A stretch of DNA of 63,620 nt, counting the filler, from Olpidium bornovanus S191 (lineage: Eukaryota > Fungi > Olpidiomycota): the NCBI GenBank assembly GCA_017911155.1. It is 27 parts of 27 records of this genome, joined end to end, with 100 filler letters (N's around TTAATTAATTAA, not from the genome) between each part and the next. Parts side by side here need not be neighbours in the genome. Positions count along the whole stretch, not along the records: positions 36,613 to 38,467 come from JAEFCI010008407.1; positions 38,568 to 40,994 come from JAEFCI010012159.1; positions 41,095 to 43,113 come from JAEFCI010010226.1; positions 43,214 to 45,905 come from JAEFCI010000040.1; positions 46,006 to 50,108 come from JAEFCI010004491.1; 22 more parts are not named here. One strand, written 5' to 3'. Shown here piece by piece: positions 36,730 through 48,939 of this stretch (position 1 is its first letter; every line of letters starts with the position of its first letter). The notes beneath the pieces were generated by a model. That model did not search any database. It had not been told where the DNA came from and saw only the letters and a list, made by a program, of their open reading frames with translations. The position numbers and the translations under genes are program-made.

Positions 36730-38467
36730 TGGATTATTTTGCCCGACGACCCAACAACCCGCCATCATCTGGCAATTGTAGTCTAGCCTGACGACGGCGC
36801 TGGCGGCGTCAGTGCCCGCAGCGGCGCTGAGGCGGTCCTTCGCGACCTGGACGGTGACGTCTCCGATCGCGGACAGATCCGGAAAGAACGTAAGGAGCGC
36901 AGAGCGCCGGAGGTAGACGTTTTGCTGTCCAATCCGCTGGACGGCAACCCGGTACTCGGTGGGACAGGACAAGCCGCTGTCCGAGTACCCGACCTGGTTT
37001 CGCTTAGCGTCCATGCCGAGGGTCAGTTCCAACGACATGCAAGTGAGACGGAAAACCCGGCGGCGCATACCATGTTAGGGTCCGCATTGTTCTGACAGGC
37101 AGCCCTAAGTGGCGCATCGCAGTCGGCCACCCGCCACCGACGGGTTGCGATGTCCATGGCAGAGCATCTGGTTAAATCAGTGCTCTTGTTATGGCCGTGG
37201 CCAATATCCCAAGACCAAATGCCGCCAGGCAGCACATTCGGAAGGCCTACGCTCGCGAATATGGAGTTCGGTGAGTAGCCGCATCTCGCCTTGTAGTCCC
37301 GCAAGTTGACCGTGTAACAACGCGGATATGGTCATTAGCCCCAAACCGCGGAAAACCGTTGCAGCGAAGTCACGAGCAAGGGCAGTTTCAACGTACCGCC
37401 TGGTAAACGGTCTCCAGACTCCATCTGTTTGTTGGGCTTTCTTTAGCTGCCGCCCACGCCCAGCTGGCTGACCTAGAAACCGTTGACGCAGCAGGAGGAG
37501 GCGAAGAACCCCACCAGTTTCCGCGCCCAAAAGCGCCAAAGGCACTTTCGGACCCTGAGGGGAGTAGCACGAGGTCCCCGAGGGGCATACTGCAATTCAG
37601 CCAACCTGAGGCAGGCGTGTCGGAGAGCGTCGGGTTTCCATCGGGTTTCCATCGGTCACGTTCTGCAGTGGGCCAGGAATGTCGAGGCTCCCAGGCGGGT
37701 GAACCACGGATTCAGTATCCGAGCTGACGTTGTACCCGGTGTACATCAAGGAGGGAGTGGAGGGGGTAGTCGCGGCGGCAGGATCAGCAGGGGTTTGGAG
37801 CTTGACATAGCCAAAGCCCGCGTGGACCATTCGCGGGGGGGAGCTTTGACCCAGCAGAGCTGCAGGCGAAGGCCACTCGGACCCCACACTGTTGTACTGC
37901 TGTGCGGTGACACTGCGTGACGACCGGTCCTGCTGCAAGTTCACGTTTGTGTAAAGCGCGTTCCCGAACGTGGAAAAGAGCAGGCGGCCGAGGCTAGGCC
38001 GGGGCTGCGGGCCGCGAGCGTCGCGTTCGTGTTTGGTGACGGACCAAAGAATATTACGTTACCGGCAGGGGGCCTGAGACCAAGTAGGTTCAACACAAGC
38101 ACCACGACATCTCGATCTCGTTTCTCTTTCGAATTCGCGGCGACCCAGGAGTTGAGTGCGCCGAGGAAGAGCTGGAGCTGGTCCGACGAAGTCAAGCACA
38201 AGACGTCTCCGATCTGTCGGACTTGGGCAGGCGGATCGGTCGGCGCCGAGGCCGAGCCTGAAGTCCTCGTCGTTGTGGTGGCCGCAGACGACGATGCAGA
38301 AGGCGTAAGGCGGGCGGGACACAACTGCCACGCCGGCAGCGCTTGCTCATAATACAGGTTCACCGAAAGCCTCCTCCAACCCGCCTTTAAAACACTGGTA
38401 ACGTTTTTGATCAGCGCGGTGGAAAACAATTTGCCGCCGCCAAAAAATGCCGACGTCAAGTTCATGA
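36730..38467 (-). CDS. MTC6: MTC6-like fungal membrane protein, partial, multi-exon
   Basis: MNLTSAFFGG..VLKAGWRRLSVNLYYEQALPAWQLCP; later IWSWDIG..RCSAMD..RWRVADCDAPLRAACQNNADP (lectin-like C-terminal domain). Confidence 0.72.
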
Positions 38468-38887
38468 NNNNNNNNNNNNNNNNNNNNNNNNNNNNNNNNN
38501 NNNNNNNNNNNTTAATTAATTAANNNNNNNNNNNNNNNNNNNNNNNNNNNNNNNNNNNNNNNNNNNNGGGGGGGGGGGATGCGGAGGAGAGCAGGAAGCG
38601 GGATGATGCGCAACACCACCCCCTCCCCCCTTTACATGACGGGAGAGTGGGAGGGGTGCGGGGGCCAACACTCCGGGTTTCTCGTTTTTCACGCGTTGTT
38701 TTTTGTCTCTCGGTGGTTTTTTTTTTTTTTCTTTTTTTTTTTTTCTTTCCCCTGCGCGCCCCCGCGTTTTCTGTCCCCCGCGTCGCTCGGAAATCCAATC
38801 TCCCTCTCTCCCGCCGCCTCAGCCCGCCTCGCCGGGCCCGCTTCCGGGACTTTCCCCTCTTTCACCGCGTCTTTGCGGCGCCCCACC

Positions 38888-39382
38888 ATGGCCACGCTGC
38901 CGCCCGTGCCTCGCGACCTCCTCGCCGCGGACGCGAAGGAGGAGGAGGCCGCCGCCGCCGCCGCCGTCGTCGAAAGCCTGGCGGTGGTCGGCGCGCCGGG
39001 TACCCCGGGACCCTGCCCCGCCGACGGAGTCCCCGCCTGTTCCGCGCGTCCGGCCGCCGCCGCCGCCGCCCTTTATTTTCTCCCTCTCGCGGAGACCTTG
39101 CCGCGGCTGAGGCCGTTCGACGCCAGGGACCTGCCGGACAACAGCGCCCCCGGTCTTCCGGCCCGCCCCAGGGCCGGCGGAGACGGCGGCGGCGCGAGGA
39201 AGGCGGGCGAAGGCGGCGCGCGCCCGCGGCCCGCCCGGCCTGCCGGCGCGACTGCGGCGAACGTGTGCCGTCCAACCAAGCCGTCGTCGGACCGGGCGTG
39301 CTCGTCTCTTCGTGCGTCGCGGCCGCGCTCTGCCGCCCGGCAGGCACCCTCGTCTTCCAAGCGCCCGCAGGAAAGCTGCCAT

Positions 39383-39458
<76 letters not shown>

Positions 39459-40006
39459 GGCGGCGGCGAGAAGGGGAAGCCCATCTGAGACCGTCGAGCG
39501 CGGACGACGCCGCCAGGGCGGCCCTCGTGCCGACGCGGGCCCTCTACGCCGAAACGTCCGTCACGGAGTCTGCGCGCGTGCAGCACCTGGTCGCCCTGCT
39601 GGCGGAGGAGCGGATCCGCAGCACCGACGCCGCCCGCCGCCGCGCGGACGCGTCGGGCGACGCCGCCGAGCTGCTCCGCGTCATTGAGATCCGCGAAGCC
39701 ACCATCGAGAGCTTGAAGGCCGAGGTCGACGCGTTGAGGCGGTACGCGCGGGACCTTCTGCGCGACCGCGGGACGGAGAAGGCCCTGGCGGCGGCGGAGC
39801 TCCTCGGCGGGGGACACGGCCTCGCCGCCGAGCGCGACGCCCTGGAGCAGGAGCTCCTGGACGTCTACGCCAGGTTCCGCGAGAGCGAGGAGGGGTGGGC
39901 GCAAGAGCGCCGGGAAAAAGACCGGAAGATCCGCGCCCTCAGTTCCACCCTGGCGTCGCTCCTCTCGGACGCTCGTCCGCCGCGGGCGGCGGTGGACAGT
40001 ATATAG
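38888..40006 (+). CDS. PolyQ, coiled-coil protein of unknown function
   Basis: ATG in a CACCATGG context; Q25 tract, then heptad-like IEIREATIESLKAEVDALRRYARDL..LEQELLDVYARFRESEEGWAQERREKDRKIRALSSTLASLL. Confidence 0.55.
39383..39457 (+). repeat. CAA(CAG)23CAA microsatellite encoding Q25
   Basis: Counted from the sequence. Confidence 0.92.
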
Positions 40007-40463
40007 CGAGCGGGAAAAAGCCGCGTCTTTACCGTCGCGCCGCCTGCCGGCGCCTGGGAACGCGTTGCGCTCGGCCTCTTCGGCAACTGGGCATGAACCT
40101 GCCCTGCTCCCGCTTCGGTCAACACTACGCGTCTTGCCGCCTGGGTTGCCGACGAAGCGGTATTCTTTTTGGCCACCTTGCGCAGGCTAACCTTTGAGGC
40201 GCGATCGGCGGACCCCGCTCACGCCCGCGGGTTGGCTACCGTGGACGAAGACGGACTCACGGCCGTCCTGCTCCGCCTCCGGTCCCGGGCAACCGACAGC
40301 AACGGCTGTCGTTGGCCTCGATTGGCCAAAAAGGGGCATCTTACGGCCGTCTGCGAGAGAGCAAGAAAGATCATGCGGGTATTTTTCACAGGTGGAAGGA
40401 GGATTACTTTTATGCATTGATGGGGCACAAGAAAAGCGGTGTGGTAGGGATGCTTGGCGTGCG

Positions 40464-40994
40464 TCATGAAGGTGTGGCGAGGTGGCTCTGGGCGTTTTGA
40501 AATAAAGTCTGCGGACGGGGGAGAAGCGGATGAGCAACAAACCCAGGCGGGCCCCGTAACGTTAGATTTCGCGCCGGGCTTTCTCGTCCGCTCACCTGCC
40601 ACATGTATGCTTCAGAAAGCAGCAGCTCGATGTCTTTTTCCCCCCAATTACTGGTGGGCAGTGATTGCAGATACATCATTATACCCTGAAACCGGCGGAT
40701 TGCTCACTTAGCTGCGGCCCTCTTCCACAATCCGAAAAATTCCAGGGCGCGTGTCACCCTTTTCCTGCGGGACCGACGCCGTCCAGTGCGAGGGGAGGGG
40801 GGGGGGGGGGGGGGAGGGGGGAGGTGGGAGGAAGGCACTACGAACCTGGAAGTCCATGCTCTTCAGCTTCTCACTCCACTTAACGAGGAACGCGGCGCAC
40901 ACGTACAGATGGAAGCCGGCAAATCCGTTCGATCCCTCGGCGAGGTAGGTGTCCCACATGCGGATGGTGAGCTTGAGGCTGAGTTCTCTCATCA
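40464..40994 (-). CDS. GYP1: TBC-domain Rab GAP, GYP1/TBC1D22-like, C-terminal exons
   Basis: MRELSLKLTIRMWDTYLAEG..FHLYVCAAFLVKWSEKLKSMDFQ / IMMYLQSLPTSNWGEKDIELLLSEAYMWQ / TLFQNAQSHL..stop. Confidence 0.92.
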
Positions 40995-42816
40995 NNNNNN
41001 NNNNNNNNNNNNNNNNNNNNNNNNNNNNNNNNNNNNNNTTAATTAATTAANNNNNNNNNNNNNNNNNNNNNNNNNNNNNNNNNNNNNNNNNNNNCCATGG
41101 CCGTACGATCGCTTATGCCTTCTTTGGAGGCTTCATCCGCAGCGTTAGTTCCCGCTTGGGTATATCGAATTCGAGAGCCTGATCATTTTTACCTGCCCAG
41201 CACACAGCGAATGCGTCAAATAATGGCAAAAACATGACCTACAGAATAATGGCCCGGGTAAGCGAGGGAGTTTGCCGGAAAGACGAGGACCCAGCAAAAA
41301 ACGCCGGCCAATATGCACGACTCCCATGTCGAGGGGGGAGGACGGTGACTGACGGCCGAGGCAAATTATCCTTCACCAGGGGCGGAAGACGCCACGGACG
41401 AGAGAGGACAATGCTGCCGCGGCGGCGCCCCCCCCCCCCCTCTCCCCCCCACGCCGTCCGTCGAAGGTAAACAACAAGAAAAGAAGAAAAAAAGAAAAAT
41501 CAAAAACGAACCGTAAGAAATTTTTTTTTTCTTTCAGAACGCGTCTCGGGGTGACCCGCGGGACCGCAGGAAAAAAAAAACATTTTGTGAGGTGCCGGCG
41601 CAAACGGGCGGGGTGTGCCCCGCACCTCCCCCATTCCCCCGGCTTGCGCGCGTACCGGCCCGCCAACAAGCTCTCGAGGCACGCGGGTAGAAAAGAAAAA
41701 AAGAAAAAAAAAATAAAATTGGAGCGAGACACCGTCCCCCCCCGTTATACAAACATCAAATGCGGCGGGGGTTTACACGCCGGCGGCGCCTTTTGCTTCA
41801 TCCCTCCCGCTCGACCCTATCCACACGGGGCCGACGACCTCCCCCTCTCTGGAATTTCCGTTTGGAGCGGACAAATGGCCGACACGTGATCGGACCGAAG
41901 AAAACCGACGCGTCCGCCGCCTCCTTTGTTCGCGACCTTCCCGGCCAATTCCAAACCGTATGCCTGCGAAAGAGCTGCTGCGACGTGGCAGTTGCCGTAT
42001 ACCGCCGGCCGGCGAACAGAACGTGGAAACCTAGCCAAAATGGTAACGGACTGCAGCAAAACTTTACCCGAGGATAATTACGCTCGCGTTTAATCCGCCC
42101 CCACTCGGAGCCTGGAGCTCTGGCCGATACGCATCGCGCCGCCGCGCAACCCCGTGTCATCGCCCTCTCTCCCTGCTTCCACCTCCGCTCCACTCCCCCA
42201 ACAAAGAGCCACTCACCCGCCTCGGCACATCAGCACCTTCCGACAGAGCGACCCCTGCAGTTTTCGCCTGTTATTTTTCCAAGATCCCCGGATTTAAACG
42301 CACCCGCGAACTGAACCGGAAGCGCACGCCGCCCCGCGCCGTTTTTTTTTTTTTTTTTTTTTTGTCAATCTCGGCCGCTAATTGTCCTACGGGTTTGCAT
42401 CGGTCACCTTGGGTCACGGCGACCCGGAATGTCGACAGAGAGCGCTCCGGCCCCCCTCCACCTTTGCCTCCCCGGCCCCCCGACGATCCGCCGGATTGGT
42501 ACCCAAACGGCCCGCCGGCGAGGTGGTGCATAATTCAGCGGCCCAGGCCTCCGGGAAAACCGCGTGGAACCTGAATCTTGCGCTTTCTGGACGTAAGACG
42601 AGTCCGCGGGAAGTATGCTCCTCGCACGGGAGGGTATAGCAGGAAAAAGGAAAGAAGTAATATAGAAGTGCTGGAAATGGAACAGGAAGGACGGCAGGAC
42701 AAGATAACCTTGGCCGGTACGCGCGCAGACGGGAGGGGGGGGGGGGGGGGGGGGGGGGGGACAGGGGCAGGGAGGATCCGGCTTTGATAGGCGCCGACGT
42801 GGACGACGTTCCTTCC

Positions 42817-43113
42817 TCACAGTATGACGCACTTCTTCTGTTTCCGCGGCGGCACGACGGGGCACAGGACCGCCCGAATGGCCTCGTCGAACACGTTCTT
42901 CAGCCCCTTCTGCGTCAACGCCGAGCACTCCAGGTACCGCCCCGCCCCGATGTCCTTGGCCATCTGCAGGCCCTGCGGGTAGGAAATAGGCGCCATGCGC
43001 TTCTCCTTGAGCTTCTCGATCGTCTCCTTATCCTCGCGCAAGTCCAGTTTCGTGCCGACGAGGATGATGGGAATGTTTGGCGCGTGGTGACTGATCTCAG
43101 GGTACCACTTTCC
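42817..43113 (-). CDS. RAC1: Rac-type Rho GTPase, C-terminal exon
   Basis: [67 protein letters not shown] (CAAX). Confidence 0.95.
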   Translation of the reverse strand, partial: GKWYPEISHHAPNIPIILVGTKLDLREDKETIEKLKEKRMAPISYPQGLQMAKDIGAGRYLECSALTQKGLKNVFDEAIRAVLCPVVPPRKQKKCVIL

Positions 43114-43766
43114 NNNNNNNNNNNNNNNNNNNNNNNNNNNNNNNNNNNNNNNNNNNNTTAATTAATTAANNNNNNNNNNNNNNNNNNNNNNNNNNNNNNN
43201 NNNNNNNNNNNNNCATGCTAATATTCGTATATGATAAAAGTATTGTTATTACAAAATTTGTGATTTACCACAGGGACGGACAAATTGAGAGTGTCTGCAC
43301 ACGACGTCATACCGCGCCCGACAAATGCCGATCACGACGGCCCCAAATAATACTGAATGTACGGATTTCAATTGGATGTGAAGACATTCCACTGATGAAA
43401 TATGGAAAGTGTGCGCGAGACGTGAACTCCGCAGGAATGGGGAAAAGTCAATAATTTTTATGGGCGCGCGGCGCCCGCGCGCGGCAAAAAAAGCCCTTGA
43501 TGTAAGTGTTTTGTAAGGGGGTGGGTGGGGGGGGTACGCGCAATTGGTGGGGGGGGGGTTACGCGTAATTGACGGGCAAGGGAAAGGACGAAGAGGAAGG
43601 GGAGGGATGACGGAGAGGAGAACATGATGGCGCCAGGCAAGCAGGTAAACTCCGGTGTTTGTTTTTTTGGTTGCTTCCGTCTATATTATTATTGCAAAGA
43701 AGTTGCGGGCGCGGGGAAAAGGGGGGGGGGAAGCGCGGGGCGAGCGGGCGGCCGGTTTCCTTCCTT

Positions 43767-45033
43767 TCACAGGTCCGCGTTCCGACTAATAGACCTCGGT
43801 TTCACCATGACGTCGCTGCAGGCCAAGTAAAAGCCGCCGCTGTGGGGTGGAGAAAAAAAAAAAAAAAGACGGGATTGTCCGGGCGGGAGGGGAGTGAGGA
43901 GGCGGGTGGTGGGGGCGGGGCGGAGGGGGTGGGGCGGGAGACAGGTTTCGCGGAGTTAGACACGGCAAACAACAAAGTTGCTTTCGAAAAGCGCGCTCGA
44001 GAAAGGACAATAAAAAAAAAATAAAAAAGACTTACTCCGCTGCCGAATCCCACACCCATTGGCTTGATGACGGACGGCGGGTGAGGATAAGAAGAAAAAT
44101 TTCGATCGTTGTGAGAACAAGCAAAAGCCAATAAAGAAAGAAAAATATAGAAAAAGAAAAAAGAAAATGCACCCCCGAAAAAAGTCCCCTCTCTCTCCTT
44201 TTCTCTCTCTCTCTCTTCCCCGGCCCCCCTCCCCCCCCCTTTCGCTTTTGCCATCTCTCCGGCCGCAAAAAAAAGTTCAGAAACTCTTTTTCTCTCTCTT
44301 TCTCTTCCCCGGCCCCCCTCCCCCCCCTTTCTCCTTTGCCATCTCTCCGGCCGCAAAAAACAGTTCAGAAACAGAGAGAGGGAAAAAAAATGTCGTTCCG
44401 CTCACATTATCGCGTGCTCCGACGTCTCGTTCGCGGGGAGCGAGACGGTGACGCTCCTCCTGAAGATGTTGACGCCCGTGACGAGCGGCCGGAACTTCTG
44501 GCCCCTGCGGTACTTTATCGAGACCGTCACTCCCGGGTTGCTGGGGTGCGGGGTCGTGATATCCCACTTGATGGTGACATTCTGGCCGGCCGTGTACGCG
44601 CGGACGGGGGCGTTGGCCGGCGCCCTCATGCACGTCCGGAGCTGCGCGGGTGTCGGCGGCCGCGGCGAAAACTTGAGCCCACGCCCGACAGCTTGTCCGC
44701 CTAAGTGCATTTACGCAGAAAAAAGAAAAAAAAGTGTGGGGGGAAAAAGTGTGGGGGGAAAAAGTGTGGGGGGAAAAAGTGTGGGGGGGGAGGAGGGGAA
44801 GGGTTTAAACACCAAAACCCGACAAAAAATCGAAAAGAACAAAAAGAAAAAAAGTTCAACGGTCTGCTTTTTCCGGGTTTGATTTTGGACGACCGCGCCC
44901 CGTTCTTCTCCCCACAAATTTATCCCAACTTACGTCTCGGCGGAGGCTCGGTCAGAATGGCGTGGCCGTCGACGGCCTGGGGGGCAACGAGGAAAATCCC
45001 GGCGAACAGGGCGGCAGCGTGTACCCACTTCAT
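43767..45033 (-). CDS. Small secreted histidine-brace protein, LPMO-like (closest remembered pattern: AA16), complete, 4 exons, 164 aa
   Basis: Exons 44934-45033, 44406-44700, 44036-44062 and 43767-43839 total 495 nt and splice in phase. Signal MKWVHAAALFAGIFLVAPQAVDG, then His1 HAILTEPPPR; YTAGQNVTIKWDITTPHP; IIQWVWD..GGFYLACSDV. Confidence 0.8.
44190..44380. repeat. ~90-bp imperfect tandem duplication in intron 2 of the LPMO-like gene
   Basis: CTCTTCCCCGGCCCCCCTCCCCCCC..TTTGCCATCTCTCCGGCCGCAAAAAA..AGTTCAGAAAC occurs twice. Confidence 0.8.
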
Positions 45034-45820
45034 TTTTTTTAAGTCTTTTGGGAGAGAGAGACGAGGGTGGGAAATAGAGGGCGAGACTTTCTTTCTTTGC
45101 CTTTAAAATATTCTTTAGGCCGGCCTAAGAGTCAGGATTAAGGTGCGGGTTGGGGGGGGGGGGTTCGAAAAGACTTGGAATGTTTTATAAAACGGCGCAT
45201 TTTCTGTCGCCGGGTGGGAGGGTCGGGCGCGAGGAAGGAAAACGGGAGCCCCCGAGAAGAAGACGAGCGGGCGCGGCCACAGAGGCCGGGCCACCCGTAG
45301 CCCCGCGCGCGACGACCGACGGCCGCACCGCCGCCCGCGTGGAGGCCCCTTCCCCCTTCCCCCCCCTTCCCCCGCCTTTCCTTCCTTTCCGCCCCCTCTC
45401 CGGCCTCCCGCGCCGCGCTCCCCGACCGGACCCGAATGAATTTTCTTTCTTTCATTTTTTGTTCGCGCTTTATTTTCCGACGGGGCGGGTGTCAGGCCGG
45501 GCAAAGCACGCGGGCGCGTGTCCGCGTGGGTTGGTTGGCAAGGGCGGGGGGGGGGGTAATGCTGGTGTCGCGGAATTTTTCGGCTTTCCCCCCACAAAAA
45601 GAGTATTACTGGTGCCGGAAATTCGCTCTCCCCGGCGCTCCTGTCGAAGCCGAAGCTGAACGCGGGAAAAGGAGGGGCCAAAGGGGAAAAGAGAACGAGG
45701 CGGGGCGGTTCCCTCGCATAGGCCTTTTAAAAGCCCTTCAACGCTGCTTCCCATCTCTCGCCGGGCTTGGCGCGCGCCTTACTCCGTCCTTTCCTTCCGA
45801 ACTTGTTCTTCCGGCACAAA

Positions 45821-45871
<51 letters not shown>

Positions 45872-46005
45872 ACCCCGCCCCCGCCCCCCCCCCCCCCCCC
45901 CGTCCNNNNNNNNNNNNNNNNNNNNNNNNNNNNNNNNNNNNNNNNNNNNTTAATTAATTAANNNNNNNNNNNNNNNNNNNNNNNNNNNNNNNNNNNNNNN
46001 NNNNN

Positions 46006-46910
46006 CATGAACGGTTTTTGTTGCGATAATGCCGGGTGATTGAGGCATATGGCGAGCGCTGGGCACAAGTTGTTCATCGGCTTACGCCGCGCGGTAAAAT
46101 CTTTAAACCACGGGTTATGCGGTGGATCTCCCAAACCGTGGCGCGCCTGACAAGTCGCCGGTCTCACCGATTCACGTCGCCTTCGTGCACGATTCTCTTC
46201 GTGACGGTGACGTCTCCGCAGCCAACTTCTTTTTTTTTTTTTTTTGTGGGCGGTCACGATGCACGTCAGACACCATGATCTGAGAGTTCTCGCACCTGGT
46301 TACAAATTGACGTTGCGCACAACCTGCTTTCTCGTCATCGTAGGGCCGGCTTTCTACCGAATCCGTCGGGAGAACCACTTCGGCGAACTCGACGTAACTC
46401 GTCTCCTTCCCCCCCGTCGCTGTCCCGAACAGGAGGCTGTGGACGTTGTAGTGAGGGGACCGGGAGCTGCGAGGTTGCCGTCAGAAACCTCTGCCTGCTG
46501 ATTTTAAGATGGCGGAGCGCCACGCCCCACCGCGCACCTGTCCACGCCGGGAAGCCACTGCAAGGTCGAGGTAGGCCGGTCCACGGACCGCGACACGACG
46601 AGATCGTACAGGAACGGCGAGTTCTTCTTCCAGATCTTAAACTCTTCCAGTATAATTCGCTCCCTCACCGTCATCTCTGCCGCACGGCGACGAGCTGTTC
46701 ACAGCGGGGGAATGAGGCACACGCCACGCCAAAGGGACATCGGAGATTAGCAGGCGACGCAATAGGCGAATTTCGCGCGCGGGCTGGTGGGCAGCAGCAG
46801 AAGTGGCGCGCCGGACACCGGCCACCCCGCGTCGCTTTGCGCGAGAGCCTGCAGCGCCGCCCCGCCCCTCTCTCCCTTGCCTTGCGGGCACTCTCACCTG
46901 CGGCGGCCAT
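46006..46910 (-). CDS. RBBP4/HAT2/MSI1-like WD40 histone chaperone, 5' part, divergent
   Basis: MAAA/EMTVRERIILEEFKIWKKNSPFLYDLVVSRSVDRPTSTLQWLP; YNVHSLLFGT..VEFAEVVLPTD..YDDEKA; ARHMPQSPGIIATKT. Confidence 0.88.
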
Positions 46911-46989
46911 CGCGAACAACCTGGCGAAAGGCCGCGGCGCGCGAACTCGGTGAAGTTTTGGCGCGGCAAGGGGGCCAAGCCGCAAAAAG

Positions 46990-47024
<35 letters not shown>

Positions 47025-48939
47025 ACCCACGTTTGCACTCTCCCTGCCCGGAAGGAAAACTCATAATGCCCGCTTTTTCCCGCACGAGGCGCGCGTGCTT
47101 GGGCGCATTTCCCCTCCGGCTCAGCGTCCTGATTCCACCGGCAGCCAGTCCGGAATCGCGTCTCCAAACACACCAGGTGCCTTGCAAGCTGGCGTTGCTG
47201 GTGTGATCGGCGGTCGCAGTCAAAGGCCAGTGCACAGCAGAATTTGACGTCGCATCTGCCACAAAACAGCGAAAATGGCGTCTTGCTGGACGTCAAACAA
47301 GACCTTGAAAATTGAGCCCAAGGCCGACGTGCCAATCGTCGGGCAAGCTTCTGTCGGGGACCATCTGGCCTTGCCCGGTTCACGATATATAGATGCCTAC
47401 CAGAGGCACGCGCAGCACGCACGTGAACAGCAGAACGAACTGTCCGCGTACACGAAATGGAGCAGAAGGCGTCAATCTGATACAAATGCCGATGATCCGA
47501 TTTCTGCCAACGACCTGGCCGTGGCTCTGCGGACGTCAAGACGCATTCGACAGTAGAAACCTGCTTGTTAAATGTTTGAAGGCTAATTTATCTTCCAAAC
47601 AAAATCACCGTTTTGTAGACTTTTATCGAACTCCGCAATTTTTCAAGGATTTCCGTAGTTCGCCAGACGGCGGGGATGCCAGCACCGCCGTTCCGGGCGC
47701 CATGGTCATGGCGGGCCAACACGAAGCATCGTGGCGATACAATATTTCGCGAACACACGTCCGCTATTTGCAGGCTCCCGACATAAAACTGATTGTTTTC
47801 GGGTAAAGCAAATGATTGCTAGGCAGCGGTAAAGTGAATGTCCGCTGCCTCCGAGGTCAATCAGGCGGGTGACAATGGTGGCGGACCAATCCGGGAGCAT
47901 CAGCTGAACGCGTCTGCATCTACTGGATAAACAGAGTTTGGGTGAGTGGTCCCCGGAGGACGGGCTGTGTGTGATAAAAGTGCCGACGATCACTGGTTGC
48001 AGAGGCCCACGAGCTGTCCTAATCCCCACTCAAGTGCAGCCGGATGAAGGATGAAGGACCAGTTGTGGGTTTTGATCCGCTTGGCGAGCAAACGGCGTTC
48101 CGTTCGGCGCTGCAGGCATCATCAGTCAGCACGTTGACCGCCGCGCAGGATCTAGTCAGCAAGCGCCGCACCAAAAGTGTGAAGGACCGGTTGCGGGTTG
48201 CGGGGTGGGAAGAAAGGGAGAGGGGGGACTGGGGACGGCCGATTCTCTGTCGATTCCGGGGTTTTGCATGGTTTCTCCCGCCGTTGTTTGTGGTGCAGGG
48301 TGTTGCTGCTGACGTGAAAAGGGACCGGGTGCGTGCGCTCCAAGTGGGGCGTGGGAACGGCGGTGTGTGGCGCGACCCCGTGCACAAAACGGCCCCGTTC
48401 GCGGCAGCGGCAGCAGCAGCGGCAGCGGCAGCGGCAGCAGCATCGAGGGTCCCGGGCGAAAATCGGCGGCGGATCCAAACGCAGACGGGCCGGGCTTCGG
48501 TCGCGCGCTTCCTGGAAGCACAGCGCCCCCTCGCCCCAGCCCGCGAGCGCGCAGGCGACGCTTCCCCCGCAGTTCGCACCCGGTGTGCTCCGGGGCGCCG
48601 GGAGTCCGCCCCTCCCCTCGCGAGAAAGGCTTCCGAAGAAGAGCAAGAAGAAGCGTGTACGCGGAAGGTCACCGCGGCAAGTTGGCCTGGCCGCATGGAG
48701 AGGAAGGTCGTTAGCATATCTTTCGACGACGGCAGACAGCTCCCTGCGCCGGTGGCCGCTTCTGCGCCGCCTGGGTTTGCACCAGGTTCGTCCGGTTCTC
48801 CGCCGTTCATTTGGACGCCGGTTCTCCCCCCCTTCCCCTTCCCCTCCTCCTCTTCCTCCTCCTCCCCGGCTGACGCGGCCCCGCGCTTCGTTTTTTACGC
48901 GGTTCCCGGCTCGTGTAGACTCCGCTCCGACGCCCTCTC

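Noticed and set aside
47275-47860. Possible TAF9-like histone-fold gene (DAYQRHAQH..ISANDLAVAL..PLPP)
   Set aside because: Similarity is too weak, and I could not build a consistent spliced model.
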